Positions 1 through 8,357 of a stretch of 64,000 nt of DNA are shown here, one piece after another. Numbering within the stretch: position 1 is the stretch's first letter; every line of letters begins with the position of its first letter. The notes beneath the pieces are model-generated. The model was not told the DNA's origin and made no database searches. It saw nothing but the letters and a program-made list of their open reading frames with translations. This stretch comes from a virus: IMG/VR virus record IMGVR_UViG_3300045988_126190, positions 5,268 to 69,267 of that record; one strand, given 5' to 3'. The translations under genes were made by a program, and so were the position numbers.

Positions 1-579
1 ATCATCAACGCAGGGGAAGTTTATGATTATGCCGCAGGCAGCCGACAAGGGCCGTTCACCTACTACGGCTTCCCAGACAGCGCGGATGAAACTTGGTATG
101 CTCCAATCACAACCGGTCCGGTCAATCCGTGCTGGTGGGACTGGACGCTGCTTTCGTGTGTGGAGGAGGCCGATAACAGGTACCGCGTGGAGCAGGAATT
201 CCATTTCGGCAATAATGTTTCGACCGGCGCGATCTCCAACAACAATGCGCCGTCGCTTTGGAACAACTTCACGCGCTACCCGACGATACAGCGGGCCCCA
301 CAGAACTATCAGAGCGGCTCCCTGACGTCGCTCATCGGTGTAATTGCCGACGGGGAGTATACGGACACCATTGCGGCAAGAGACGCGATCTGGGCGCTTT
401 CTACGACGCAGAACACGTTGTTCCTCAAGAACCGGAAGGGCGACGTGCTGATGGTGGCGATCTCCGGCGCGATTACTATGCAGACGGGCGACAATACACC
501 GCAGCAGACGCAGACGGCGACCATCCCTTGGGTAGAAATCGGCAGCGCAGACGGCGTTCAGATATATTCTCTGAGCTGA
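1..579 (+). CDS. phage virion (tail/baseplate-region?) protein, C-terminal fragment, open at window start
   Basis: Frame 1 is open from nt 1 to the stop at 577-579 (track lists only 160..579). Last large gene of a + strand late operon. Confidence 0.55.
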   Translation: MINAGEVYDYAAGSRQGPFTYYGFPDSADETWYAPITTGPVNPCWWDWTLLSCVEEADNRYRVEQEFHFGNNVSTGAISNNNAPSLWNNFTRYPTIQRAPQNYQSGSLTSLIGVIADGEYTDTIAARDAIWALSTTQNTLFLKNRKGDVLMVAISGAITMQTGDNTPQQTQTATIPWVEIGSADGVQIYSLS

Positions 580-592
580 CGGAGGTGAGAGT

Positions 593-769
593 ATGGCGAA
601 GAAGCAGCGCGTTCTTGTGCTGAAAACCGGTGAGGAATTCCCTATTGTCGGGGAAAACGGCCGGTACTGGCTCTGCGAGGGAGCGAATTTCCGAAAATCC
701 AACCGGGAAATTCAGGAGATCAAGGCACTCAAGGCGGAAAAACCTGCCCGCAAAGAATCGGACGAATGA
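593..769 (+). CDS. small hypothetical protein (58 aa)
   Basis: ATG preceded by a GGAGGTG RBS. Below the track size cut-off. Followed by a terminator. Confidence 0.5.
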   Translation: MAKKQRVLVLKTGEEFPIVGENGRYWLCEGANFRKSNREIQEIKALKAEKPARKESDE

Positions 770-870
770 GTTTAACTTTTTAGGACTGAAAACTTGAACT
801 CGTTATCGGAATCACGGTATATCCGGATGGTTTTTGAAATGAGTTTAAGAAAAACGCACGAAAAACGCAC

Positions 871-908
871 AAAAATCGCACGGGCGTGTGTTCCCGTGCG
901 ATTTTTAT
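871..908. terminator. bidirectional intrinsic terminator
   Basis: AATCGCACGGG / CCCGTGCGATT stem with an A-run before and a T-run after. Lies between convergent operons. Confidence 0.6.
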
Positions 909-947
909 TATCTCAAGGTTCCATGCGTGAGCGTTTTCTCGGATTGC

Positions 948-1946
948 CTATCGCAGTTTTGCTACCATGTCGTCGCAGTAGCGGGAAATGTCGCACGGGT
1001 TGATGATCTGATATTTCTCGACGACCTTCTTGAAGTAGTCGTCAATCAGTTTCTTATCAATCGTGGCCGCGCTGCGGTCGTTTGGAAGCAAATTGCCTCG
1101 CGTTTCAATCCACGGGCGTTCGTTATGCGTAATTCGGCTCAGAACGCCGCCCGAATACATCCCGAATATATCTGCAACCGCGTTCATAAGGACGATTTCA
1201 CGCGTAGTAAACTCCGAAAAATCTTCGGCTTCTTCCATCGTCGGCATAGAAATCGGGTTCCATCCGCAGTCGCTGTACATCCGGTATATGTCGGGATAAA
1301 CAGGTCCATACGCCCACGCTTGGCAGTCGTCAGTGAAAAGGTCGGTACGGTACAATGCGCGGAAGAACGCCTGCGCAAAATACAGCAGTTTCTGGAGCAC
1401 CATAGGGGTAACTTCCTCGGCTCTGTGCAGCATATACCTTGCAACCAGCGCAATCTTGTCGCGACCGTACAGCACGGAAATCTTGTTTACCGCCGCCCTG
1501 CATTTTGCGTAGGCAACGGACGTGATACGGTCCTTGTTTTCCTCAAGGTACTTCCCCATCACGTCATGCGAGGACAGCACCTCCTTCAAGAGGTCAGAAT
1601 GCGCCTTTGACGGAAGCTGACCGCCGACGTAGCGGTTGATGGTCACATCGCCAAAACCCAGCAGTTTCGCAAGTGGGCCAGCGCCGATGTTGTATTTTTG
1701 GAGAATCTGTTCAATTTGCGCGACAGTGATCAGGTTGGCGGCTTTGCGGTATGCTTCATGTGCCGCAATAGCGTTTTCGTCGTTTACTTCAGCAACATAT
1801 GTTTCCTCGCCGCAAACAGTGCAGTAAGCAGTTCGTTCGACATAGCTAAATGTAATTCCGCGAACGGTCTGTTCGATTTTCCGCGACTTTACTTCATATT
1901 CTGTTTCAGCCCCGCAGTTGACACAAAAAGTATTCATATCGTTCAT
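948..1946 (-). CDS. antitoxin: MqsA-like zinc-ribbon/HTH fused to a Panacea (DUF4065) domain
   Basis: N-terminal CxxC...CxxC plus HTH. C-terminal LQKLLYFAQ...AWAYGPVYPDIY motif. ATG at 1946 has an AAGGGAG RBS and abuts the toxin stop. Confidence 0.75.
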   Translation of the reverse strand: MNDMNTFCVNCGAETEYEVKSRKIEQTVRGITFSYVERTAYCTVCGEETYVAEVNDENAIAAHEAYRKAANLITVAQIEQILQKYNIGAGPLAKLLGFGDVTINRYVGGQLPSKAHSDLLKEVLSSHDVMGKYLEENKDRITSVAYAKCRAAVNKISVLYGRDKIALVARYMLHRAEEVTPMVLQKLLYFAQAFFRALYRTDLFTDDCQAWAYGPVYPDIYRMYSDCGWNPISMPTMEEAEDFSEFTTREIVLMNAVADIFGMYSGGVLSRITHNERPWIETRGNLLPNDRSAATIDKKLIDDYFKKVVEKYQIINPCDISRYCDDMVAKLR

Positions 1947-1976
1947 AGAAGTTGCTCCCTTCACTTCACTTGGCAA

Positions 1977-2372
1977 TTATTGGTCATATTTCCCTTTTTC
2001 GTGAAATGAAATTACCATAACTATATCATACGCAGTACGCGTCTCGATATATAGTTTCAAGTACAGTTTTACTAATTCAGGTTCGCCAAAGTATAAAAGC
2101 TCGGCATCCTTGAAAAACTTGTAGACCTCGGCAGATATATCATATCGCGGGTTATCATTTGGAGAAATCTCGACGCAATCCTCTGCCGAAAGCATTTTCA
2201 AAATATCGCACTGTTCTTTGTGCGAAAGACGATACTTCTCTTGCAGTTCTTTATTTTTCCATCTTGGAATGACCTTGATGTCGCCGGTTGCCAGCAGCGG
2301 CTTCATCCTCTTAATGAATTCTTGCGCTTTTTTGTAATCGTCTGGCGAAAGTTCGGTACGGATAGGAATCAC
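1977..2372 (-). CDS. MqsR-like toxin
   Basis: C-terminal LYLKLYIE...DIVMVISFHEK resembles MqsR VYLKITVIHDVLIVSFKEK. Toxin-first gene order as in mqsRA. Confidence 0.6.
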   Translation of the reverse strand: MIPIRTELSPDDYKKAQEFIKRMKPLLATGDIKVIPRWKNKELQEKYRLSHKEQCDILKMLSAEDCVEISPNDNPRYDISAEVYKFFKDAELLYFGEPELVKLYLKLYIETRTAYDIVMVISFHEKGKYDQ

Positions 2373-2394
2373 CTCGGCTTCTCTTTCTGGCTAT

Positions 2395-2433
2395 AGTATA
2401 CGCTTGTGATAAGAAAAAGTCAATATCTTATCA
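2395..2433 (-). promoter_or_regulatory. TA promoter with palindromic operator
   Basis: Minus-strand TTGACT-17-TATACT. The -35 box is bracketed by the inverted repeat TGATAAGA/TCTTATCA (2407-2433). Confidence 0.5.
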
Positions 2434-2483
2434 TAAAATTATGCAGATGATAATTTTTGCTCAAATTTGATGTTATAGGGAAA

Positions 2484-2524
2484 ACGAGCGGAATCCCAAT
2501 TACGGGGCTCCGCTCGTTTTGTTT
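2484..2524. terminator. hairpin terminator/insulator
   Basis: ACGAGCGGA/TCCGCTCGT stem flanked by an A-run and a T-run. Confidence 0.5.
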
Positions 2525-2584
2525 TACTGGCTACAACGATTCTATGATTGCGCGCCGTGACGAAAAAATTTTTTGAGAATGGGG

Positions 2585-2613
2585 TTGACATATGCCTAGG
2601 CGTATGTTATATT
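2585..2613 (+). promoter_or_regulatory. promoter of RHH cassette A
   Basis: TTGACA-17-TATATT with the palindrome GCCTAGGC in the spacer. Confidence 0.55.
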
Positions 2614-2645
2614 TTGTCTAGGCGAAAGTGAAGTGAGGTGAGAGT

Positions 2646-2834
2646 ATGCCGCCGAAAACAGGCCGTCCTATCGTTGGGACAGAGCCAAAAAACAAGCAAA
2701 TCGCACTCAGGGCAACCGAAACAACCGTCAGGAAATTTCAAGAATGTTCTGATGCCACGGGAAAAACCAAGACCGAATTGCTTGAAGAAATGGTGGATTC
2801 CCTGTACAAAGAGGTAACGGCTAAGAAAAAATAG
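2646..2834 (+). CDS. ribbon-helix-helix (Arc/CopG-like) regulator
   Basis: 62 aa with N-terminal GRP motif shared with the RHH genes at 3383 and 42509. GAGGTGAG RBS. Confidence 0.6.
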   Translation: MPPKTGRPIVGTEPKNKQIALRATETTVRKFQECSDATGKTKTELLEEMVDSLYKEVTAKKK

Positions 2835-2899
2835 ATGCAACCCGTCCACGACCAAATGACCGGATTGCATCTACCCAAACGACGGGGAAGCCCCATCTG
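2825..2899 (-). ncRNA. putative sar-like antisense RNA of cassette A
   Basis: Predicted from the antisense promoter at 2906-2934 and hairpin 2833-2872, which has a T-run only on the minus strand. Confidence 0.4.
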
Positions 2900-2905
2900 A
2901 AATCT

Positions 2906-2934
2906 ATTATACTCAGATAGGGCTTCCTTGTCAA
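2906..2934 (-). promoter_or_regulatory. antisense consensus promoter between RHH and ant
   Basis: Minus-strand TTGACA-17-TATAAT. Confidence 0.6.
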
Positions 2935-2958
2935 ACACTGTTTTGAAAGGGAGCTATT

Positions 2959-3378
2959 ATGAATAACGAAATCCAGATTTTCAATTACAACGACCATGAA
3001 GTCAGAACCGTTCAGAAAGATGGCGAACCGTGGTTTGTCTTAAAAGACGTTTGCGGAATCCTTTCCATTGGGAATGTAGCTGATGTTTACGCTCGCCTTG
3101 ACACCGATGAAAAGGGGGTCGGCCAAATCGACACCCTTGGCGGACGGCAAAACATGAGCATTATCAACGAATCCGGACTCTACAACGTCATTCTCCGTTC
3201 CGACAAGCCAGAAGCGAAGCCCTTTCGCAAGTGGGTCACGTCCGAAGTCCTTCTATCTATGGTTGAAATGCACAATTCTGGTGCTGTGATTTTGTACATT
3301 ATGCCGCAAAATATTTTCTTGACATTTTTGCGTTCCGGAAATATAATTGAATTATCGGAACACAGAAATGCGAGGTGA
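2959..3378 (+). pseudogene. truncated Bro-N antirepressor
   Basis: Bro-N motifs are intact up to KWVTSEVL, then the frame runs into the promoter of the next cassette. Lacks the C-terminal half present in the 42800 paralog. Confidence 0.65.
3319..3347 (+). promoter_or_regulatory. promoter of RHH cassette B
   Basis: TTGACA-17-TATAAT with the palindrome TTCCGGAA (3333-3340) in the spacer. Confidence 0.55.
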
Positions 3379-3382
3379 AATT

Positions 3383-3556
3383 ATGGCTCCGAAGGCTGGG
3401 AGACCGAAGTCGGAGAATCCGAAGGATGTTGATGTGAAGGTAAGATTTGACAAGGAGCTGAACGCAAAGCTACTGCAATACTGTCAAAAACACGACATCA
3501 CGAGAACAGAAGCAATCCGGCGCGGTGTTCATCTGCTTCTCTCCCAAGAAAAATAG
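3383..3556 (+). CDS. ribbon-helix-helix (Arc-like) regulator
   Basis: MAPKAGRP...VRFDKE...EAIRRGV is homologous to the 42509 product. GAGGTG RBS. Confidence 0.7.
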   Translation: MAPKAGRPKSENPKDVDVKVRFDKELNAKLLQYCQKHDITRTEAIRRGVHLLLSQEK

Positions 3557-3559
3557 AAT

Positions 3560-3630
3560 AAGACAATCGGCCTGCCGTAGGAAGCTAAAACCGATTGCCT
3601 TATTTCAACACAACTCCTGAAGGAATTGGT
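3560..3630 (-). ncRNA. putative sar-like antisense RNA of cassette B
   Basis: Antisense promoter at 3637-3665 plus a bidirectional hairpin (ACAATCGG/CCGATTG) with T-rich flanks. Confidence 0.4.
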
Positions 3631-3636
3631 AAATCT

Positions 3637-3665
3637 ATTCTATCATTCCTCTGGGGAAAAATCAA
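3637..3665 (-). promoter_or_regulatory. antisense promoter overlapping the ant RBS
   Basis: Minus-strand TTGATT-17-TAGAAT. Confidence 0.5.
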
Positions 3666-3674
3666 GGAGGAATT

Positions 3675-4430
3675 ATGAATAATCAGATTCAAGTTTTTAA
3701 TAATCCTGAGTTCGGCACCGTCCGTACTATTTGCGAGGACGACAAGGTCCTTTTCTGTGGCAGTGACGTTGCGAAAGCGCTTGGGTATCAGAATCCCAGC
3801 CGCGATGTCAACCGGCACTGTAAGGCAATTATAGAGAGATGTACTACCGATTCGGTAGGTCGTCAGCAATCTATGCTTTTCATCCCCGAAAGCGACGTTT
3901 ACCGTCTTGTGTTCGGGTCGAAGTTGCCTACCGCCGAAAAGTTTACCGACTGGGTGACGGAGGAAGTTCTGCCCTCCATCCGGAAGCACGGGGCGTACAT
4001 GACGCAGGAGAAGCTGCAAGAGGTGCTGTGCAATCCTGATGCGCTGTTCCAGATCGTTTCTGCGCTGAAGGAGGAATCCGACAAGCGGAAGGCCCTCGAA
4101 ATCCAAAACTCTGCGCTTGCCGTGGATTTGGCGATCGCGCAGCCGAAGGCAGACTATTTTGATGACTGCATGGCACGCGGCGGGCTGATGAATTTCCGCG
4201 ACACGGCAAAGCTGCTCGGTATGCGGCAGAAGGAATTTATTGACAACCTCCTGCGGGACAGTTACCTTTATCGGGATAAGCGCGGCCGGCTGCTTCCCTA
4301 TCAAAAGCGGAACAACGGCTACCTTGAGATTAAGGAAGCGTTCAACAATTCGTCCGACTGGAACGGGGTGCAGACGCTTGTTACTCCGAAGGGGCGCGAG
4401 TTCTTTCGCTCTCTCTATCCCAGCGTTTGA
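3675..4430 (+). CDS. antirepressor (Bro-N + KilAC/ANT-like C-terminal domain)
   Basis: IQVFNN...FGTVRT, WVTEEVLPSIRKHGAY. AAGGAGG RBS. Confidence 0.85.
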   Translation: MNNQIQVFNNPEFGTVRTICEDDKVLFCGSDVAKALGYQNPSRDVNRHCKAIIERCTTDSVGRQQSMLFIPESDVYRLVFGSKLPTAEKFTDWVTEEVLPSIRKHGAYMTQEKLQEVLCNPDALFQIVSALKEESDKRKALEIQNSALAVDLAIAQPKADYFDDCMARGGLMNFRDTAKLLGMRQKEFIDNLLRDSYLYRDKRGRLLPYQKRNNGYLEIKEAFNNSSDWNGVQTLVTPKGREFFRSLYPSV

Positions 4431-4443
4431 GGGGGTGTTCGGC

Positions 4444-4620
4444 ATGTTTGAGGGCTACACCGAAAAACAGATCGTCGAGATGATTCGGGCGGCTTTGAAA
4501 TCGCCGGAGCGTCGCGCGGAGCTTATGCGCTTGTTGGATTCCCTAGGGCTTCTCCCACAGGAGGTGCCTGACAAATTGACACTCCCCACGGCTAAAGCAG
4601 GGGGATTCTCGGTTCGCTGA
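4444..4620 (+). CDS. small conserved cassette protein, 3' end replaced by IS sequence
   Basis: MFEGYTEKQIVEMIRAALKSPERRAELMRLLDSLGLLP is homologous to the 43568 and 25217 products. It diverges right after LGLLP, where the IS end begins. Confidence 0.55.
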   Translation: MFEGYTEKQIVEMIRAALKSPERRAELMRLLDSLGLLPQEVPDKLTLPTAKAGGFSVR

Positions 4621-4760
4621 CCGTAGCCTTCACCATGAGAGGTCTTACATGGTCTCCCCGAGCGTATCGGTTCGGGCGTGTCCCGCCCTACCATATATTC
4701 TATCTACGCCAGCAGGCGCAGACCTTCGTTGAGGATGTTCTTCGCGGCGTTGATGTCCCG
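4570..4760 (-). ncRNA. putative TnpB omega (re)RNA
   Basis: Position overlaps the tnpB 3' end and extends to the right end, as in characterised TnpB elements. Not folded in detail. Confidence 0.4.
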
Positions 4761-5822
4761 GCCGTGGACTGTACCGCAAACCGGGCAAAACCACTCCCGC
4801 ACAGAAAGGTCTTTCGTTCCGGGCCACTGAGCACCACATACAGAGCAAAGCTGGCTGGACGGAAAGAAGCGGTCTATCGTGACCACCTGTTTTCCATACC
4901 ACTTTGACTTGTATTCCAACTGCCGCCGGAACTCACCCCACGATGCATCAGAGATGGACTTGGCCAGCCTGTGGTTCTTGACCATGTTCTTGGGCGCCAA
5001 GTCCTCAATGCAGATCAGATCGTACTGGCGCATAAGGTCAGTGGACAACTTGTGGAGCATATCCTGTCGCTGGTTGGCGACGTGCTCATGCAGTCTTGCC
5101 AACTGAAGCCTTGCTTTCTCCCGGCGGCTGCTCCCCTTTGTTTTTCGGGAGAGTTGCCGTTGGAGTTTTGCAAGTTTCTTCTGGCTCTTGGATAGATACT
5201 TATGGTTCGGATACTCCACACCATCGGAGGTGATTGCAAATGCTTTCAGCCCCATGTCGATGCCGACCACCGCCCCTGTAGATGGCAGCGGCTCCATATC
5301 AACGTCTGTACAGCACAGGGCTACGAAGTATTTTCCGCTTGGGGTCTGGCTGACGGTTGCGGACAGAACACGCCCCTCTACAGGCTTGCTGATCCGGCAT
5401 TTTACCTTTCCCAGTTTGGGGAGCTGTACAGAGCCTTCCAATACTTTGATATTTGCGCCAACGCACTTGCTCTTATAGCTTTGTCGATGGTTTCGCTTGC
5501 TCTTGAACTTTGGGTATCCGGGTTTCCCGCCTTTTTTGACCCGCCGAAAGAAGTTCTGATAGGCTGTATCCAAATCCCGCAGAGAGGATTGCAGGGCGGT
5601 TGCATCAACTTCCCGCAGCCAGATGGTTTCCTCCTGTTTCTTCAGAGACGTCAGGTCTTTGTCTTGCGTGAATCGTGTGGGAGATTTTCCTGTTTCCCTG
5701 TATGCCTCTATTCGCTGTGCAAGATAGTGATTCCAAACAAAACGACAGCAGCCAAATGTCCGGTGTATCTGTTGCGCTTGTGCGATATTGGGATAGATGC
5801 GGAATTTGTAGCTATATTCCAT
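4704..5822 (-). CDS. tnpB: TnpB RNA-guided nuclease
   Basis: 372 aa with RuvC motifs GIDMG, IEDL, RDINAA and zinc finger CSVCG...CPVCG. Confidence 0.9.
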   Translation of the reverse strand: MEYSYKFRIYPNIAQAQQIHRTFGCCRFVWNHYLAQRIEAYRETGKSPTRFTQDKDLTSLKKQEETIWLREVDATALQSSLRDLDTAYQNFFRRVKKGGKPGYPKFKSKRNHRQSYKSKCVGANIKVLEGSVQLPKLGKVKCRISKPVEGRVLSATVSQTPSGKYFVALCCTDVDMEPLPSTGAVVGIDMGLKAFAITSDGVEYPNHKYLSKSQKKLAKLQRQLSRKTKGSSRREKARLQLARLHEHVANQRQDMLHKLSTDLMRQYDLICIEDLAPKNMVKNHRLAKSISDASWGEFRRQLEYKSKWYGKQVVTIDRFFPSSQLCSVCGAQWPGTKDLSVREWFCPVCGTVHGRDINAAKNILNEGLRLLA

Positions 5823-5831
5823 TTCGGAACC

Positions 5832-6242
5832 TCACACATTCTTCTGGCCTTCTATGTACTGCTTGATGACTAACAATGGCGCACCGCCAACAGTAGATAC
5901 AAAATACGAGTTAGTCCACAGCGATGGGAGCCGCGACTGAAGCCAGCTAAATTCTTGTCTCAGAATCCGAGAAGTACGCCCTTTTATTTGTTTTACGGCT
6001 TTGTGTATCCCGAATTGCGGGTCTACTTCCATAAGCAAATGCACATGATCTGGCATAATTTCCATCTCTATGACATCGATGTGGAGTTCATGACAAATTT
6101 CATCTATGAGTTCCTTCAAGCGGGCATTGACACCATCGACCAAGACCTTACGGCGGTATTTTGGACACCAGACCACATGGTACTTGCAAGAGTACACCAC
6201 GTTGTTGTTGTTCTTATATTTCATGGAATTATTATACCACAT
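5832..6242 (-). CDS. tnpA: IS200/IS605 Y1 (HUH) transposase
   Basis: YHVVWCPKYRR, DHVHLL and YFVSTVG motifs. The start may be the internal Met at 6224. Confidence 0.9.
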   Translation of the reverse strand: MWYNNSMKYKNNNNVVYSCKYHVVWCPKYRRKVLVDGVNARLKELIDEICHELHIDVIEMEIMPDHVHLLMEVDPQFGIHKAVKQIKGRTSRILRQEFSWLQSRLPSLWTNSYFVSTVGGAPLLVIKQYIEGQKNV

Positions 6243-6357
6243 TAAGGCATCTAATGCAAGACCTACTTTTTACGGGGAAATAAAGTGTGGCTTATATCCC
6301 CATGCCTAAAGGCAGGGGCTTTACGCCACGATTGGTAAATACCTGATGCTTTCCCTA

Positions 6358-6398
6358 CCGGATGCCCGATCCTTCAGGTCGAGCATCCGGTTTTTCTT
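6358..6398 (+). terminator. intrinsic terminator orphaned by the IS insertion
   Basis: CCGGATGC...GCATCCGG stem followed by TTTTTCTT. No + strand gene lies directly upstream except across the IS. Confidence 0.6.
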
Positions 6399-6434
6399 AA
6401 CATGGTCAATTTCGACCAGTTTCGCATAAGTGCA

Positions 6435-7463
6435 TCAGACAGCGGTGGAAAGGCTCATGCGCTTTTCGTTTCTGAGCGCTTCTTTTGCCATTGCGGCGAG
6501 GACTTCCTTTGCGGAGTTCTGACCCCGGCGCTGCATCAGACGACCGCAATAGCGCTGCGTCGTGGTGATGGAGACGTGACCAAGCTCGGACTGGACAAAT
6601 TCCATGCTGGCACCGGCATTCAGGAGAAGTCGGCTGCCGATATGACGAAGGTCGTGCGTCCGGACACCGGGAACGCCGGTGACGGAATTGACGTGGCGCT
6701 CGACAACGGAGGACAGCCACTGACTGCTTCCCCGGTGCCACTGCGCTTCTCCGCTGGTGAAGGTGCCGAATTCATGCGCGGCGGTCGTGCCGAACAAAGG
6801 CGCGGTATCGGGAGCATCAGCCGGACGAATGCCGGAGGCCAGATAAAGCCGGACGGCGCTCTGGGCAAAGGGCGTGAACTGCACGCAGCGGTACTTGTTG
6901 CCCTTGCCGTGCTCGACGTTGATCTCACCGTTTTCAAAGTCGAGATCGCAGAGACGAAGGTCGAGCAATTCCGAATTTCTGATCTGACTCGTCAGTAGAA
7001 TTGCCGTGATGGCGTAATTTCGCGGCCACATCGCTCTCATTTGCGACGCGGGGCATTCGTTGACGACCAGACGGGAAAGTTTCGTGTCGGGCAAAATAAT
7101 GTCATACGGACGGCTCTCCGTTTTCGGATAAAACTCCGGCTCGACCGGATTAACGGGGTATTGAAGCTCCCGGCCGAACAGAGGCTTACGAAAAGCAGAG
7201 AAGAAGTACGACAGCTCGTTGAGGTACTGCTTAACGGTCGTGGCCTTTTTGCCGCCGTTAAGCATGGCATCACGCCAAGAAAGAATCACGGAATAATCCG
7301 GGTCGGTTTCCGGCTCTGCGCTCTCGCAGTTGGAAATCCAGTAGCTCCGGAACAGCGTAAGCCGCGTTGCATAGTTGCGCAACGTCTTTTCCGATGTGTT
7401 CTTCATTCTCAAGTTCTGAAGGTAGGCTGACGTCGCCGCGTCAAACTTCTCTAGCGCTGTCAT
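6435..7463 (-). CDS. tyrosine recombinase (XerC/D-like phage integrase family)
   Basis: C-terminal THDLRH...LGHVSITTTQRY catalytic motifs. GGGAGG RBS before the ATG at 7463. Confidence 0.85.
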   Translation of the reverse strand: MTALEKFDAATSAYLQNLRMKNTSEKTLRNYATRLTLFRSYWISNCESAEPETDPDYSVILSWRDAMLNGGKKATTVKQYLNELSYFFSAFRKPLFGRELQYPVNPVEPEFYPKTESRPYDIILPDTKLSRLVVNECPASQMRAMWPRNYAITAILLTSQIRNSELLDLRLCDLDFENGEINVEHGKGNKYRCVQFTPFAQSAVRLYLASGIRPADAPDTAPLFGTTAAHEFGTFTSGEAQWHRGSSQWLSSVVERHVNSVTGVPGVRTHDLRHIGSRLLLNAGASMEFVQSELGHVSITTTQRYCGRLMQRRGQNSAKEVLAAMAKEALRNEKRMSLSTAV

Positions 7464-7523
7464 AGCTTCTTCCTCCCTGCTTTTTTGTTGTAGCACGCTT
7501 TGTTTCCTCGTGTCTACAGTTGC

Positions 7524-7552
7524 ATTATATCAGTTGCTAGCAACATTGTCAA
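7524..7552 (-). promoter_or_regulatory. consensus promoter with palindromic operator GTTGCTAGCAAC
   Basis: Minus-strand TTGACA-17-TATAAT. The operator at 7533-7544 also occurs in the promoter at 60358. Confidence 0.6.
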
Positions 7553-7582
7553 GAGGTTTTTTAGAAATTTCTAAAATATTTT

Positions 7583-8296
7583 TCAGACGAGTTTTCGGAT
7601 GGCATCAACAGCCTTTCGGGTGTAGCGGAAGGTCTGGACCTCCTTGTTGCTGTAGGGGCTTTTATCAAAGAACCACTTGCCGTATTCGGCGGTTTTGAGT
7701 CCGTTCTGGTTGGCGATTTTTCCGACGCGGTTTGCGGTGATACCGAGTGCGGCGGCAATTTCGGCGGCGGAATAGTAGCGATCGATCTTGCATTCCGGCA
7801 GCGGGATGACCTCCTTGCCTCCGGATAGAACGGAGCTGGCGTAGCTGCTGCACACCTGCTTATATTCCGGTGTTGCGAGGTTGCCGATCTCAAGCCACAG
7901 GGCGGCAACATTGGCGCGGCTGTTGTTCAGGTCAATCTCAAGCCGCTGCTTCTGCAAGGGGTCGGCTGTGTAGGAGCCGGTTTTCCGAATGGACGGAAGA
8001 ACCTCGGACGTGACCCAGCGTTTGAATTTCTTCGCAGTGGGCAGTTTGGAGCCGATAATGAGGGCGTAGAGGCCGGATTCGTTGATGATGGTTTGATTCG
8101 GATTGCCTTTTCCGTCGCGAATCGCGACGGTATTCCGGTCATCGTCATCTACGTGCTTAGCGATGGCATCTCTGGGGTTGCTGTAGCCCAGAATGTCCGC
8201 TACATCCTTTCCGACGAACCACGGTTCGCCGTTGATTGTGGTGGTTCGGACTTGGCCGAACTCGTCGTTCTTAAAGATTTGGATTTCTTTGCTCAT
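7583..8296 (-). CDS. Bro-N domain protein with C-terminal DNA-binding-like region
   Basis: IQIFKNDEFGQVRT, PWFVGKDV, RWVTSEVLPSIRK. Confidence 0.8.
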   Translation of the reverse strand: MSKEIQIFKNDEFGQVRTTTINGEPWFVGKDVADILGYSNPRDAIAKHVDDDDRNTVAIRDGKGNPNQTIINESGLYALIIGSKLPTAKKFKRWVTSEVLPSIRKTGSYTADPLQKQRLEIDLNNSRANVAALWLEIGNLATPEYKQVCSSYASSVLSGGKEVIPLPECKIDRYYSAAEIAAALGITANRVGKIANQNGLKTAEYGKWFFDKSPYSNKEVQTFRYTRKAVDAIRKLV

Positions 8297-8357
8297 TTTT
8301 ACCTCCTAATATTTTTTTGATTTGGTTGGCTGGGCTACCGTTTGTGACACACCCTTT

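Larger units (their letters stand above)
4566..6338 (-). mobile_element. IS200/IS605-family element (tnpA + tnpB), ends approximate
   Basis: Y1 transposase plus TnpB. Similar subterminal hairpins with TAAA loops at 6298-6318 and 4584-4604. TTAC on the element strand at 6335-6338. Confidence 0.8.

Noticed and set aside
6402-6998. + strand 198-aa ORF
   Set aside because: It is antisense to the recombinase gene, which has clear catalytic motifs.
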